Source of the DNA: Thermodesulfobacteriota bacterium
Lineage (GTDB): Bacteria; Desulfobacterota; GWC2-55-46; S146-70; JAUXIU01
NCBI GenBank assembly: GCA_046753505.1
Contig: JBHHTR010000002.1
Coordinates: 1-44,220, forward strand
Reading direction: 5' to 3'
Length of the DNA stretch: 44,220 bases
The number at the start of each line of letters is the position of its first letter. Within the stretch, counting starts at the first letter, position 1. The notes beneath the pieces were generated by a model. The model saw only the letters and a program-made list of their open reading frames with translations, had not been told where the DNA came from and did no database searches. Both the position numbers and the translations under genes were made by a program. Of the stretch, positions 24,903-33,025 are shown in pieces.

Positions 24903-25652
24903 ATGAACATAGTGAAGCTCAGAGAACTCCTCGACAACCTTGCAAATGGCGGCCTCTCCGTTGACGCCGCCATGGAGCGCTTGAAGTCCCTCCCCTTTGA
25001 GGAGATAGAACACGCTACGCTTGACACTCACCGTTCACTGCGGCAGGGTTTTCCAGAAGTCATCTTTGGTTCCGGCAAGTCGTCAGAGCAGATCATCTCC
25101 ATCGGAAATAGGATGACAGAGGGTGGAGAGAATGTGCTTATCACCAGGGTCGATGAAGAGAAGGCGGAGCGCCTCCTCCGCTCCTTTCCAAAGGCAATTC
25201 ATCATGCGGTGGCGCGGACCGTTTTTATCGAGAACCATGCCGTCGAGAAGAGGGGCCGAGGAACTATCCTAATCGTCTCGGCAGGGACGTCCGATGGATA
25301 TGTGGCGGAGGAGGCGGCAGTTACCGCCGAAGTGATGGGAAACGATATTGACCGCCTCTACGATGTCGGTGTCGCGGGCATCCATCGCCTCCTCTCTCGT
25401 CGAGAGAAACTCATCTCCGCCACTGTGCTCATCGTTGTAGCCGGGATGGAGGGGGCCCTTCCTTCGGTGGTGGGGGGACTCGTTGCCCGTCCCGTTATCG
25501 CCGTTCCGACGAGCGTCGGCTACGGCGCCAATCTGGGGGGATTCACCCCCCTCCTCGCCATGCTCAACTCCTGCGCCGCAGGTGTGACGGTGGTTAATAT
25601 AGACAACGGCTTCGGCGCGGGATGCGCGGCCAGCATCATCAACAGAGAGTAG
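24903..25652 (+). CDS. larB: Nickel-pincer cofactor biosynthesis protein LarB (PurE-like carboxylase/hydrolase)
   Basis: 249 aa. The N-terminal helical part is followed by the PurE-like core ILIVSAGTSDGYVAEEAAVTAEVMG and VVAGMEGALPSVVGG. Confidence 0.8.
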   Translation: MNIVKLRELLDNLANGGLSVDAAMERLKSLPFEEIEHATLDTHRSLRQGFPEVIFGSGKSSEQIISIGNRMTEGGENVLITRVDEEKAERLLRSFPKAIHHAVARTVFIENHAVEKRGRGTILIVSAGTSDGYVAEEAAVTAEVMGNDIDRLYDVGVAGIHRLLSRREKLISATVLIVVAGMEGALPSVVGGLVARPVIAVPTSVGYGANLGGFTPLLAMLNSCAAGVTVVNIDNGFGAGCAASIINRE

Positions 25653-25704
25653 CTTTGCTATTCAGACCTACCGCGACACAAGGATGTGTTCCAAGAGATA
25701 GAAG

Positions 25705-26871
25705 ATGAAGAGAGCTTACATCGACTGCATGGCCGGGATCAGCGGCGACATGGTGCTTGGCGCGCTTATCGATCTTGGTGTCGGTATCGGAAAGCTACGG
25801 AGTGAGCTGCGCAAGCTGCCCATCGACGGATACACCATCTCGGCAAAAGAGGAGAGCCGTCACTCCATAACCGGGACGCGTGTCACCGTCAAGGTAAAGG
25901 GGCAACAGCCGTCAAGAAGTTTTCGGGCTATAAGGGCAGTCATAGAGGAGAGTTCCCTTTCCGATGGGGTACGGGAGCGGAGCTGCGCTACCTTCAGGAA
26001 CCTGGCCATCGCCGAGGCGAAGATTCACGGCTGCGCTGTTGACGATGTGCACTTTCATGAAGTTGGCGCAGTCGACTCTATCATCGATATCGTAGGGGCG
26101 GCCATCGGGATGGAGGCGCTGGATATCGGAGAGGTGACGGCCTCGCCCGTTCCTTCGGGGTCGGGATGGGTCAATACCATGCACGGACAGATGCCCGTTC
26201 CCGCTCCGGCCACGCTGGAGCTCCTCATAGGGATCCCCGTTACGCCGTCGCCCGTCGAGAGAGAGGTGACAACGCCAACGGGGGCGGCCATTCTCAAGAG
26301 TGTCGCAGGAGGGTTCGGAACAATGCCGGAGATGGTGGTAGAGGCCACCGGCTATGGCGTCGGAGGATACACCTTTGAGGAGATCCCCAACCTCCTGCGC
26401 ATTACCGTAGGCGCGAGTGGCGAACCGTCGGGGGAGCTGGTGGTAGTGGAGACCACAATCGATGACATGAACCCCCAGATCTACGGCCACCTCTCGGAAC
26501 AGCTCTTGGAGGAGGGGGCGCTGGACGTCTTTCTCACACCCGTCTACATGAAGAAGGGGAGACCGGCAACGCTCCTTACGGTACTCTGCAAAAAAGTGGA
26601 GAGAGGGCGGCTGACGGATATGATATTCAGAGAGACCACAACCTTGGGCGTCAGGTTCTACGGCGTGGAGAGGGAGTGTCTCACCCGGCAGGAGGAGGCA
26701 GTCAAGACCCCTTACGGCACGGTTCGGATAAAGAGCGCGTCTAGGGGCAGAGAGGTGCTCACCGTTCAACCCGAGTATGACGACTGCAAACGCATCGCCG
26801 AGACGCAGAAGGTGCCGCTCCGGCTGGTCATGGAGGCAGCAAAGGAGGCGTACCGTTCAAGGAAAAGGTAG
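25705..26871 (+). CDS. larC: Nickel-pincer cofactor biosynthesis protein LarC (DUF111 nickel insertion protein)
   Basis: 388 aa with MKRAYIDCMAGISGDMVLGALIDLGV, FHEVGAVDSIIDIVG and TTPTGAAIL. These are typical of the LarC/TIGR00299 family. Confidence 0.85.
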   Translation: MKRAYIDCMAGISGDMVLGALIDLGVGIGKLRSELRKLPIDGYTISAKEESRHSITGTRVTVKVKGQQPSRSFRAIRAVIEESSLSDGVRERSCATFRNLAIAEAKIHGCAVDDVHFHEVGAVDSIIDIVGAAIGMEALDIGEVTASPVPSGSGWVNTMHGQMPVPAPATLELLIGIPVTPSPVEREVTTPTGAAILKSVAGGFGTMPEMVVEATGYGVGGYTFEEIPNLLRITVGASGEPSGELVVVETTIDDMNPQIYGHLSEQLLEEGALDVFLTPVYMKKGRPATLLTVLCKKVERGRLTDMIFRETTTLGVRFYGVERECLTRQEEAVKTPYGTVRIKSASRGREVLTVQPEYDDCKRIAETQKVPLRLVMEAAKEAYRSRKR

Positions 26872-26929
26872 TCTCTTCCACCTCGCTTCCTAGTGGCCTC
26901 ACAACTTTTTACTAAGGCGTCAACTATCT

Positions 26930-28141
26930 ATGAGTAAAAGGTTTCGTCAACGTTACCTTAAAACGCTACTGCTGCTCCTCTTCTTCTCCCTCTCTATTAC
27001 ACCGGGAGCCGGGGCCAGTGAGTTGTCGGGCTATCTGTCGGGAGAGAGTCGTCTCTTTGCCAATCCACCCCTCTTCACCGGACAGGATAGGCATGACGCG
27101 TCGGCGGCCTTCCAGCCGGAGTTCTACCACGAGTGGGAGGGGGGACACTCCTTTACCGCCGTACCCTTTGTCCGTCTTGATAGCGCAGATTCGGAACGCA
27201 CTCACTTCGATATACGGGAGTTCTTTGGACTCTGGCTCTTTGAGAGGTTCGAGGTCGGTGTTGGAATACGGAAAATCTTCTGGGGGGTAACGGAGTCACA
27301 GCACCTTGTCGATATCATCAACCAGACCGACCTTGTCGAGTCGATTGACGGTGAGGAGAAGCTGGGCCAGCCTATGGTAAACCTCTCAATACCACACGAA
27401 TGGGGCGCCCTTGATCTCTTCATCCTCCCCTGGTTCCGTGAGCGGACATTTCCGGGCCGTGAAGGACGGCTCAGGTCGAGTCTTGTAGTGGATACCGATC
27501 AGACAACCTATGAGAATGGCGCGGAGGAAAACCACATCGATTTTGCCGTCCGCTACAGCCATACCATCGGCGACTGGGATATCGGCCTCTCCCACTTCAG
27601 GGGGACGGGACGAGACCCATCCCTGTTGCCGGGCACCGACAGTGGAGGAAACCCCGTCCTTCTCCCACGATACGAACAGATCAACCAGACCGGTATCGAC
27701 GCTCAGCTCATCACCGGCGAGTGGCTCTGGAAGATGGAGGCCATCTACCGGAGCGGTCAGGGCAACTCCTTCGCGGCCCTTACGGGTGGCTTCGAGTACA
27801 CCCTCGTCGGCATCGCCGGGAGCAGGATGGATCTTGGCATTATAAGCGAGTGGCTCTACGACGACCGGGGTGACGGAGCGCCGACGCCCTTTGAAAACGA
27901 TATCATGGCGGGGATGCGCCTGGCTGTCAACGATGCAGAGGGTACCGAGGCCCTTCTGGGGATGATACAGGATATCGGGAGCAGCGCACGTTTCCTGAGC
28001 CTCGAATCGAGCCGCCGCTTCGGCGACCACCTGAAGACGAGCCTCGAAATACGGCTCTTCCTCGCCCAGCCGCCGGACGACCTCCTGTACGACTTGAGGG
28101 ACGATGACCTCATGCGGATTGAGGTCGCCTACTACTTTTAA
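26930..28141 (+). CDS. Putative outer-membrane beta-barrel protein
   Basis: 403 aa with a signal peptide (LLLLLFFSLSITPGAGA). It has alternating amphipathic segments and a C-terminal ...IEVAYYF aromatic end. Confidence 0.55.
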   Translation: MSKRFRQRYLKTLLLLLFFSLSITPGAGASELSGYLSGESRLFANPPLFTGQDRHDASAAFQPEFYHEWEGGHSFTAVPFVRLDSADSERTHFDIREFFGLWLFERFEVGVGIRKIFWGVTESQHLVDIINQTDLVESIDGEEKLGQPMVNLSIPHEWGALDLFILPWFRERTFPGREGRLRSSLVVDTDQTTYENGAEENHIDFAVRYSHTIGDWDIGLSHFRGTGRDPSLLPGTDSGGNPVLLPRYEQINQTGIDAQLITGEWLWKMEAIYRSGQGNSFAALTGGFEYTLVGIAGSRMDLGIISEWLYDDRGDGAPTPFENDIMAGMRLAVNDAEGTEALLGMIQDIGSSARFLSLESSRRFGDHLKTSLEIRLFLAQPPDDLLYDLRDDDLMRIEVAYYF

Positions 28142-28159
28142 GGGGGCACAAGATAGAGC

Positions 28160-28813
28160 GTGAAGGGGAGAGAGTTCTTCAGCAAAGCCTACTCGAATGG
28201 GTATACCCCTTGGTCGGAGATGAAAAGGGTCGATGAGGTCGAGGGGGAGTTCATCGATTATATCAGGCGTATCAGGGAAACAGTCATTACGGGGAATGCC
28301 CTCGACATCGGGTGTGGCGAGGGGAGGATCAGCCGCCTTTTGGCGAGGAAGGGATTTGATGTTCTCGGCGTCGATTATGTAAAGGCGCCCCTTGTGAAGG
28401 CCGTCGAGAGCTTCCGGGGGAAGAGTGATCGCTCCCGTGGCGCCTGCGCCTTCATCCTCGGCGATGTGCTCCAGTGGCCCTTCCTGGCGGGCTCCTTCGA
28501 CATTGCCGTCGATAACGGCTGTTTACACCACATCATCAAACGTGACTGGAGGCGGTATATCGCGGGGCTCCTGCGGGTCACGAAACCGGACAGCTTCCTT
28601 ATCCTCACCGTTTTCAGCGACAGAGATGGCCACGCAAAGGGGAGAAAGGGAAACTGGATATATCACAGGGGGCACTACGACCACTTCTTTACCACCAGTG
28701 AAGTGCGGGAGATATTCGGAAGGTGGTTTACATTTGTCTCCATAACTCAATCAACTGACGGAGAACTTGCCTTCCACCACCTCCTTCTCAGGCGGCGGCA
28801 CATAGCAGCGTGA
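28160..28813 (+). CDS. Class I SAM-dependent methyltransferase
   Basis: Motif I is ALDIGCGEGRISRLLARKGFDVLGVD, with a post-I acidic residue and motif II FDIAVDNGCLHH. The start codon is GTG. Confidence 0.8.
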   Translation: MKGREFFSKAYSNGYTPWSEMKRVDEVEGEFIDYIRRIRETVITGNALDIGCGEGRISRLLARKGFDVLGVDYVKAPLVKAVESFRGKSDRSRGACAFILGDVLQWPFLAGSFDIAVDNGCLHHIIKRDWRRYIAGLLRVTKPDSFLILTVFSDRDGHAKGRKGNWIYHRGHYDHFFTTSEVREIFGRWFTFVSITQSTDGELAFHHLLLRRRHIAA

Positions 28814-28878
28814 ATAAAAGCGATCATGGAATAGCAGCGGTGGCCACTGACGTGGTAAAGAGATATTTTATCTTGACG

Positions 28879-28906
28879 GTTACAGGCAAATCCTGTAGCT
28901 TTTTTC
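28879..28906 (+). terminator. Possible intrinsic terminator after the methyltransferase gene
   Basis: A hairpin tacagg-caaat-cctgta (28881-28897) is followed by c-ttttttc. Confidence 0.45.
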
Positions 28907-28979
28907 TATGATGATGTTACCCCGGAGCAACACTGATCACTGCATAAAATTTATTCTAATAAGAGTTGGAGGGCGCTGA

Positions 28980-29321
28980 ATGGAGGGCAAGGCTTCGATA
29001 CTCGATGAACTCTATCGTATCCTCATCGCACGGAAGGGGGCCTCTCCCGATACCTCTTATGTCGCCTCCCTCTACGCCAAGGGAGTTGAGGGGATAATAG
29101 AGAAGGTCAGGGAGGAGTCAGAGGAGTTCATTGAGGCTTCGAGAGATGGAACAGATAAGGAGATCGTACACGAACTGGCCGACCTCCTCTTCCACTCAAT
29201 GATCGTCCTCGGCCTGAAGGATATCCCGATAGAGGAGCTTTTTGGCGAACTGACGAGGCGCTTCGGCACATCGGGGATCGAGGAGAAGAGGGGACGCCAA
29301 AAAAAGGAGGATAGCCAATGA
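28980..29321 (+). CDS. hisE: Phosphoribosyl-ATP pyrophosphohydrolase HisE
   Basis: 113 aa with LDELYRILIARKGASPDTSYVASLYAKG...EESEEFIEA...ELADLLFH, the canonical HisE/MazG-like fold signature. Confidence 0.85.
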   Translation: MEGKASILDELYRILIARKGASPDTSYVASLYAKGVEGIIEKVREESEEFIEASRDGTDKEIVHELADLLFHSMIVLGLKDIPIEELFGELTRRFGTSGIEEKRGRQKKEDSQ

Positions 29322-29656
29322 GCGACTGCCTGTTCTGTAAGATTATCGCCAGAGAGATCCCGTCAACCATCGTCTCCGAGTCGGAGCGCCTCATCACCAT
29401 AGAGGATATCAATCCCCAGGCTCCGACGCACCTTCTGGTCATTCCAAAGGAGCACTTCACCACACTCCTCGACTGTAAGGATGAGGGAATCCTCGGCGCA
29501 ATGCTCGGCACGGCCAACAGGCTCGCCGAAGAGAGAGGCTTTGGCGAGAGTGGTTTCAGGACGGTTATCAACACCAATGAAGATGGTGGACAGGTCGTCC
29601 GTCACCTCCACATGCACATCCTTGCGGGGAGAGCCCTCTCAGGCGGGATGGGATGA
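29318..29656 (+). CDS. HIT-family nucleotide hydrolase (HinT-like)
   Basis: 112 aa with CLFCKIIAREIPS, and the histidine triad HLHMHIL. Its ATGA overlaps the hisE stop. Confidence 0.9.
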   Translation: MSDCLFCKIIAREIPSTIVSESERLITIEDINPQAPTHLLVIPKEHFTTLLDCKDEGILGAMLGTANRLAEERGFGESGFRTVINTNEDGGQVVRHLHMHILAGRALSGGMG

Positions 29657-30394
29657 CCGCCGCTGCCGGAGGGCCTCAAAGAGAACCACGGCCCCCGCTA
29701 CGGAGGCATTGAGTGATGAGATGCTCCCGCCCATCGGGATGGAGAGCAGCTCATCGCACCGCTCCCGGACGAGTCTCCTTATGCCGCCGCCCTCACTGCC
29801 GATGACGATGGCAAGATCGCCCCTCAGGTCGGCGCTGTAGATATCATTGGTGGCGTCCCCCTCAACACCCACTACCCAGATGTTCTCTTCCTTGATTTTT
29901 TTGATAGTTGCAGCGATATTTGTTACCTGCGCAACACGAGTCGTCTCTGCGGCCCCAGCGGATGCCTTGACTGCTACAGGTGTAACCTCAGCCGCCCTCC
30001 TCTTCGGTATGATGATGCCGTCAACACCAGCCCCGTTGCCGCTCCTGATAAGGGCGCCCAGATTCTGCGGGTCCTGTATGCCGTCCAAGATAAGGATGAG
30101 CCTCTTCCCATCTTGCTCTTTGGAGCCACCGGCGGCGAGGGTCTGCTCCAGAGAGGAGTATTTAAAGTCTGCTATTCTGGCCGCTACCCCCTGATGCTTC
30201 TCCGTGCCGGCTAGCCTCTCCACCTCCCGTCGATGGAGGTGCTCCCAGGGGATGCTGGCCCTGTCAAGCGCCTCCACCACCTCTCCGACGACCCAGCTGC
30301 GCCTCCCTTCGGCGATAAAAACCAGTTCAATCGAATCGGAAGCGGCCCGTATCGCCTCAAGGACGGGGTTAATCCCGTAGATGATACGGCTCAC
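29639..30394 (-). CDS. rlmB: TrmH/SpoU-family 23S rRNA 2'-O-methyltransferase (RlmB-like)
   Basis: 251 aa. An N-terminal substrate-binding segment (IYGINPVLEAI) is followed by SpoU motifs LDGIQDPQNLGALIRS, GSEGGGIR and PMGGSISSLNASVA. Its GTGA overlaps the pyrF stop. Confidence 0.8.
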   Translation of the reverse strand: MSRIIYGINPVLEAIRAASDSIELVFIAEGRRSWVVGEVVEALDRASIPWEHLHRREVERLAGTEKHQGVAARIADFKYSSLEQTLAAGGSKEQDGKRLILILDGIQDPQNLGALIRSGNGAGVDGIIIPKRRAAEVTPVAVKASAGAAETTRVAQVTNIAATIKKIKEENIWVVGVEGDATNDIYSADLRGDLAIVIGSEGGGIRRLVRERCDELLSIPMGGSISSLNASVAGAVVLFEALRQRRSSHPA

Positions 30395-31128
30395 ACCGCT
30401 CCCTCCATTTCGGCAAGGATAGCCTCAGCCGCCCTGACAGGCTCCTCTGATAGACGTATGGGCCTGCCGACAACGATATAATCACTCCCCGCCCCTATTG
30501 CCTCTGCCGGCGTCATGGCTCTCCTCTGATCATCGGCGCTTGAGCCGGACGGTCTGATACCGGGGGTTAGGATGACAAATGCATCTCCCAGCCGCTCCCT
30601 GATAGGTTGTACCTCCTGCGGCGATGCGACAACCCCATCCATACCGGCCCTCTTTGCAAGGGCGGCCAGCTCCACGACACGCTCTCCGGTGGGACCGGCA
30701 ATCCCAACCTCTTCAAGCTCCGTCTCTGCCAGACTTGTGAGGAGGGTAACAGCGAGGAGGAGAGGCCTCTCCCTCCCCTCTGCCGCGCACCCATCATGGA
30801 CGACCGTGACCGCTCGCTCCATCATCCTTAGCCCGCCAGTTGCATGAAGGTTGACAATCTCGACACCGAGACGGGCCGCATTCATAGCCGCCATCGCCGT
30901 GGTGTTGGGGATATCGTGAAACTTGAGGTCGAGAAATGTCTTCCCCCCCTCCTCCTGGACGGCGCATACCGCATCGGGGCCAAAGGCGGTAAAGAGCTCC
31001 TTTCCCACCTTGAACATACCCACATGGTTTTTGAGAAGCCTCACCCACCTCCTCGCCTCCTCAATGGTCGATACGTCGAGGGCAAAGATAAGCCGTTCTC
31101 GCGGGGTCAGTTTATTGTTCATATTCAT
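30391..31128 (-). CDS. pyrF: Orotidine 5'-phosphate decarboxylase
   Basis: 245 aa with LIFALDV, FKVGKELF, FLDLKFHDIPNT and IVVGRPI motifs. Confidence 0.9.
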   Translation of the reverse strand: MNMNNKLTPRERLIFALDVSTIEEARRWVRLLKNHVGMFKVGKELFTAFGPDAVCAVQEEGGKTFLDLKFHDIPNTTAMAAMNAARLGVEIVNLHATGGLRMMERAVTVVHDGCAAEGRERPLLLAVTLLTSLAETELEEVGIAGPTGERVVELAALAKRAGMDGVVASPQEVQPIRERLGDAFVILTPGIRPSGSSADDQRRAMTPAEAIGAGSDYIVVGRPIRLSEEPVRAAEAILAEMEGAV

Positions 31129-31211
31129 CTGCCTCTCTGCCTCTGTGAATGGCGCCGGTTAGCATAGGGTGGGGATATTGGATAAATATATCACAATCAT
31201 GGCAACCCAAT

Positions 31212-31245
31212 AAAAAAAGGGGTACGACTCATGCCGTAACCCCTT
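31212..31245 (-). terminator. Intrinsic terminator on the minus strand, downstream of tRNA-Pro and about 85 nt upstream of the pyrF start
   Basis: The minus strand reads AAGGGGTTACGGCATGAGTCGTACCCCTTTTTTTA. This is a GC-rich 7-bp stem with one bulge, followed by T7. Confidence 0.7.
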
Positions 31246-31415
31246 GATTTCACAGGCCAGACGAGAGGATTTGCCTGCTACGGTTTTGACTTCCTGTCAA
31301 AACCTGCGTAGGCTCACCTCAGCCGCCTGTCGCACCCTTCCATGGCTGCTTTTCCTCACCAGTTCGGCAGCGGTCTCACTTCAAATCCTCCGCCAATAGC
31401 TACTCGTAAAATATG

Positions 31416-31492
<77 letters not shown>

Positions 31493-31536
31493 ATTTCGTT
31501 AATGACAAGAGTGGTGAATGTTCTCCAAGTGGAGCA

Positions 31537-32193
31537 TCACCCTCGAACCTCCTCTTTCATACTCTTTATTGTGTCACTATAGTTATCGCTTCCAAAGACG
31601 GCAGAGCCAGCTACAAAGACGTCCGCTCCGGCCCTTGACGCCTCGCCTATGTTGGCTATTTTGATACCGCCATCGATCTCCAGCTCAGCTTTGCAGCCAC
31701 TGGCGTCGAGGCGCTCTCTTATCTCCCGGACCTTCTTAAGGGAGGAGGGAATAAACTGCTGACCGCCGAAACCGGGATTCACACTCATGACAAGGACAAG
31801 GTCGAGCTCCTCAAGGATATGGTCAAGAACCGTTACTGATGTCGATGGGTTCAACGACACACCAGCCCTGACGCCAAGCTCCTTTATCTGCTGGACTGTC
31901 CGGTGAAGATGGGGGCACGCCTCGGCATGAACCGTCATTATATCGCTCCCTGCGGCTGCAAAGTGAGGGATAGCACGCTCTGGGGATTCGATCATGAGAT
32001 GGACATCAAGGGGAAGTGTGGTAATCCGCCGCACCGCCTCGACAACGAAGGGGCCGATTGTGATATTCGGCACAAAGTGGCCGTCCATAACGTCAATATG
32101 GATATAGTCGGCACTCCCCTCCTCGACGGCCTTTATCTCGTCTCCGAGTCTGGCAAAGTCAGCGGAGAGGATGGAGGGGGCAATCTTCTTCAT
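31537..32193 (-). CDS. rpe: Ribulose-phosphate 3-epimerase
   Basis: 218 aa with APSILSADFARLG, HIDVMDGHFVPN, MSVNPGFGGQ and DGGI motifs. Confidence 0.92.
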   Translation of the reverse strand: MKKIAPSILSADFARLGDEIKAVEEGSADYIHIDVMDGHFVPNITIGPFVVEAVRRITTLPLDVHLMIESPERAIPHFAAAGSDIMTVHAEACPHLHRTVQQIKELGVRAGVSLNPSTSVTVLDHILEELDLVLVMSVNPGFGGQQFIPSSLKKVREIRERLDASGCKAELEIDGGIKIANIGEASRAGADVFVAGSAVFGSDNYSDTIKSMKEEVRG

Positions 32194-32297
32194 ACTCTAC
32201 CGTCAGCCTGCTCTACTTCAAATGCCTGGAGCGCCTCGCTGCTGCGCTTTAAGGGGTATGCCCTCTCAATCTTTCCAAATCCAGCCATCGTACCCGA

Positions 32298-32627
32298 TCA
32301 CTCAAAGGCCTTGTCTATGAGCCCCTGTATCTGGCTCTTCGGCACGGCGCCCACCACCTGATCCACTACTTCGCCGTCCTTAATGAGAATCAACGTAGGT
32401 ATGCCGCGCACACCGTATTTACCCGGCGTTGCAGGGTTTTCGTCAACATTCATCTTGGCTACCTTTATCTTGCCGGCGTAAGTCTCGGCCATCTCCTCTA
32501 CGATGGGCGCGAGAGCCCTGCACGGCGCACACCATGTGGCCCAGAAGTCGATGAGAGTCGGCACTTTTGACTGCATGATCTCCAGGTCAAAGTTTGCGTC
32601 GGTAACGTGAATAACCTTTTCTGCCAT
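32298..32627 (-). CDS. trxA: Thioredoxin
   Basis: The WCAPC active site sits in DFWATWCAPCRALAP, and the protein is of thioredoxin length. The start is set at MAEKVIHV because AAAGGAGA lies upstream; the track extends to 32648. Confidence 0.92.
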   Translation of the reverse strand: MAEKVIHVTDANFDLEIMQSKVPTLIDFWATWCAPCRALAPIVEEMAETYAGKIKVAKMNVDENPATPGKYGVRGIPTLILIKDGEVVDQVVGAVPKSQIQGLIDKAFE

Positions 32628-32772
32628 AAACTTTCTCCTTTCACCCAACGCCCTCTCTTAGAGAGGACTCCATTTTAGTAATACTTATGTGGCAGATATT
32701 AATGCAGGGGGGTATAAATGTCAACCTTTTTGGCCCATATTGAAAAGATGGTGTAGTACAATCACCCCCTAA

Positions 32773-32951
32773 CCCCCTTTATTCATTAATTGCCCCTGAA
32801 GTGTAAATATGCTCGCGCAGAGATTGGATTTACCAGCTATTATTAGCAGGCGTGCCGTACCAGTGGGTCTCTGGAGTTGGGGGTCGGAAAATCCCGCTCT
32901 CCGATCCCTGTAGTCAAGCGCAGGCGTAAGTACATTTGTGAAGAATGGGGG
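32773..32951. repeat. MITE-like element, family 2, 179-bp copy flanked by CTAA direct repeats
   Basis: The ends ccccctttattcattaat and atttgtgaagaatggggg are imperfect inverted repeats (14/18). CTAA occurs at 32769-32772 and again at 32952-32955. The core is shared with 22355..22604 and 954..1056. Confidence 0.75.
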
Positions 32952-33025
32952 CTAACAATCTTGATACTATCACTTTAGGACAGGCTTTACACTAAAGCCG
33001 TTAAGCTGGTATAACCTCTTTTAGA

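Noticed and set aside
31256-31273. CCAGACGAGAGGATTT resembles the PyrR-binding loop motif (UCCAGAGAGG) near pyrF.
   Set aside because: The motif is on the + strand, whereas pyrF and any leader would be transcribed from the - strand. It also has an extra base relative to the consensus.
31330-31375. On the minus strand, GGUGAGGAAAAGCAGCCAUGGAAGG recalls the AGCAGCC / GGAA core of bacterial SRP (4.5S) RNA.
   Set aside because: The apical GGAA tetraloop with its 3-bp closing stem and the paired 5' CAGG strand cannot be drawn. The resemblance is limited to a heptamer.
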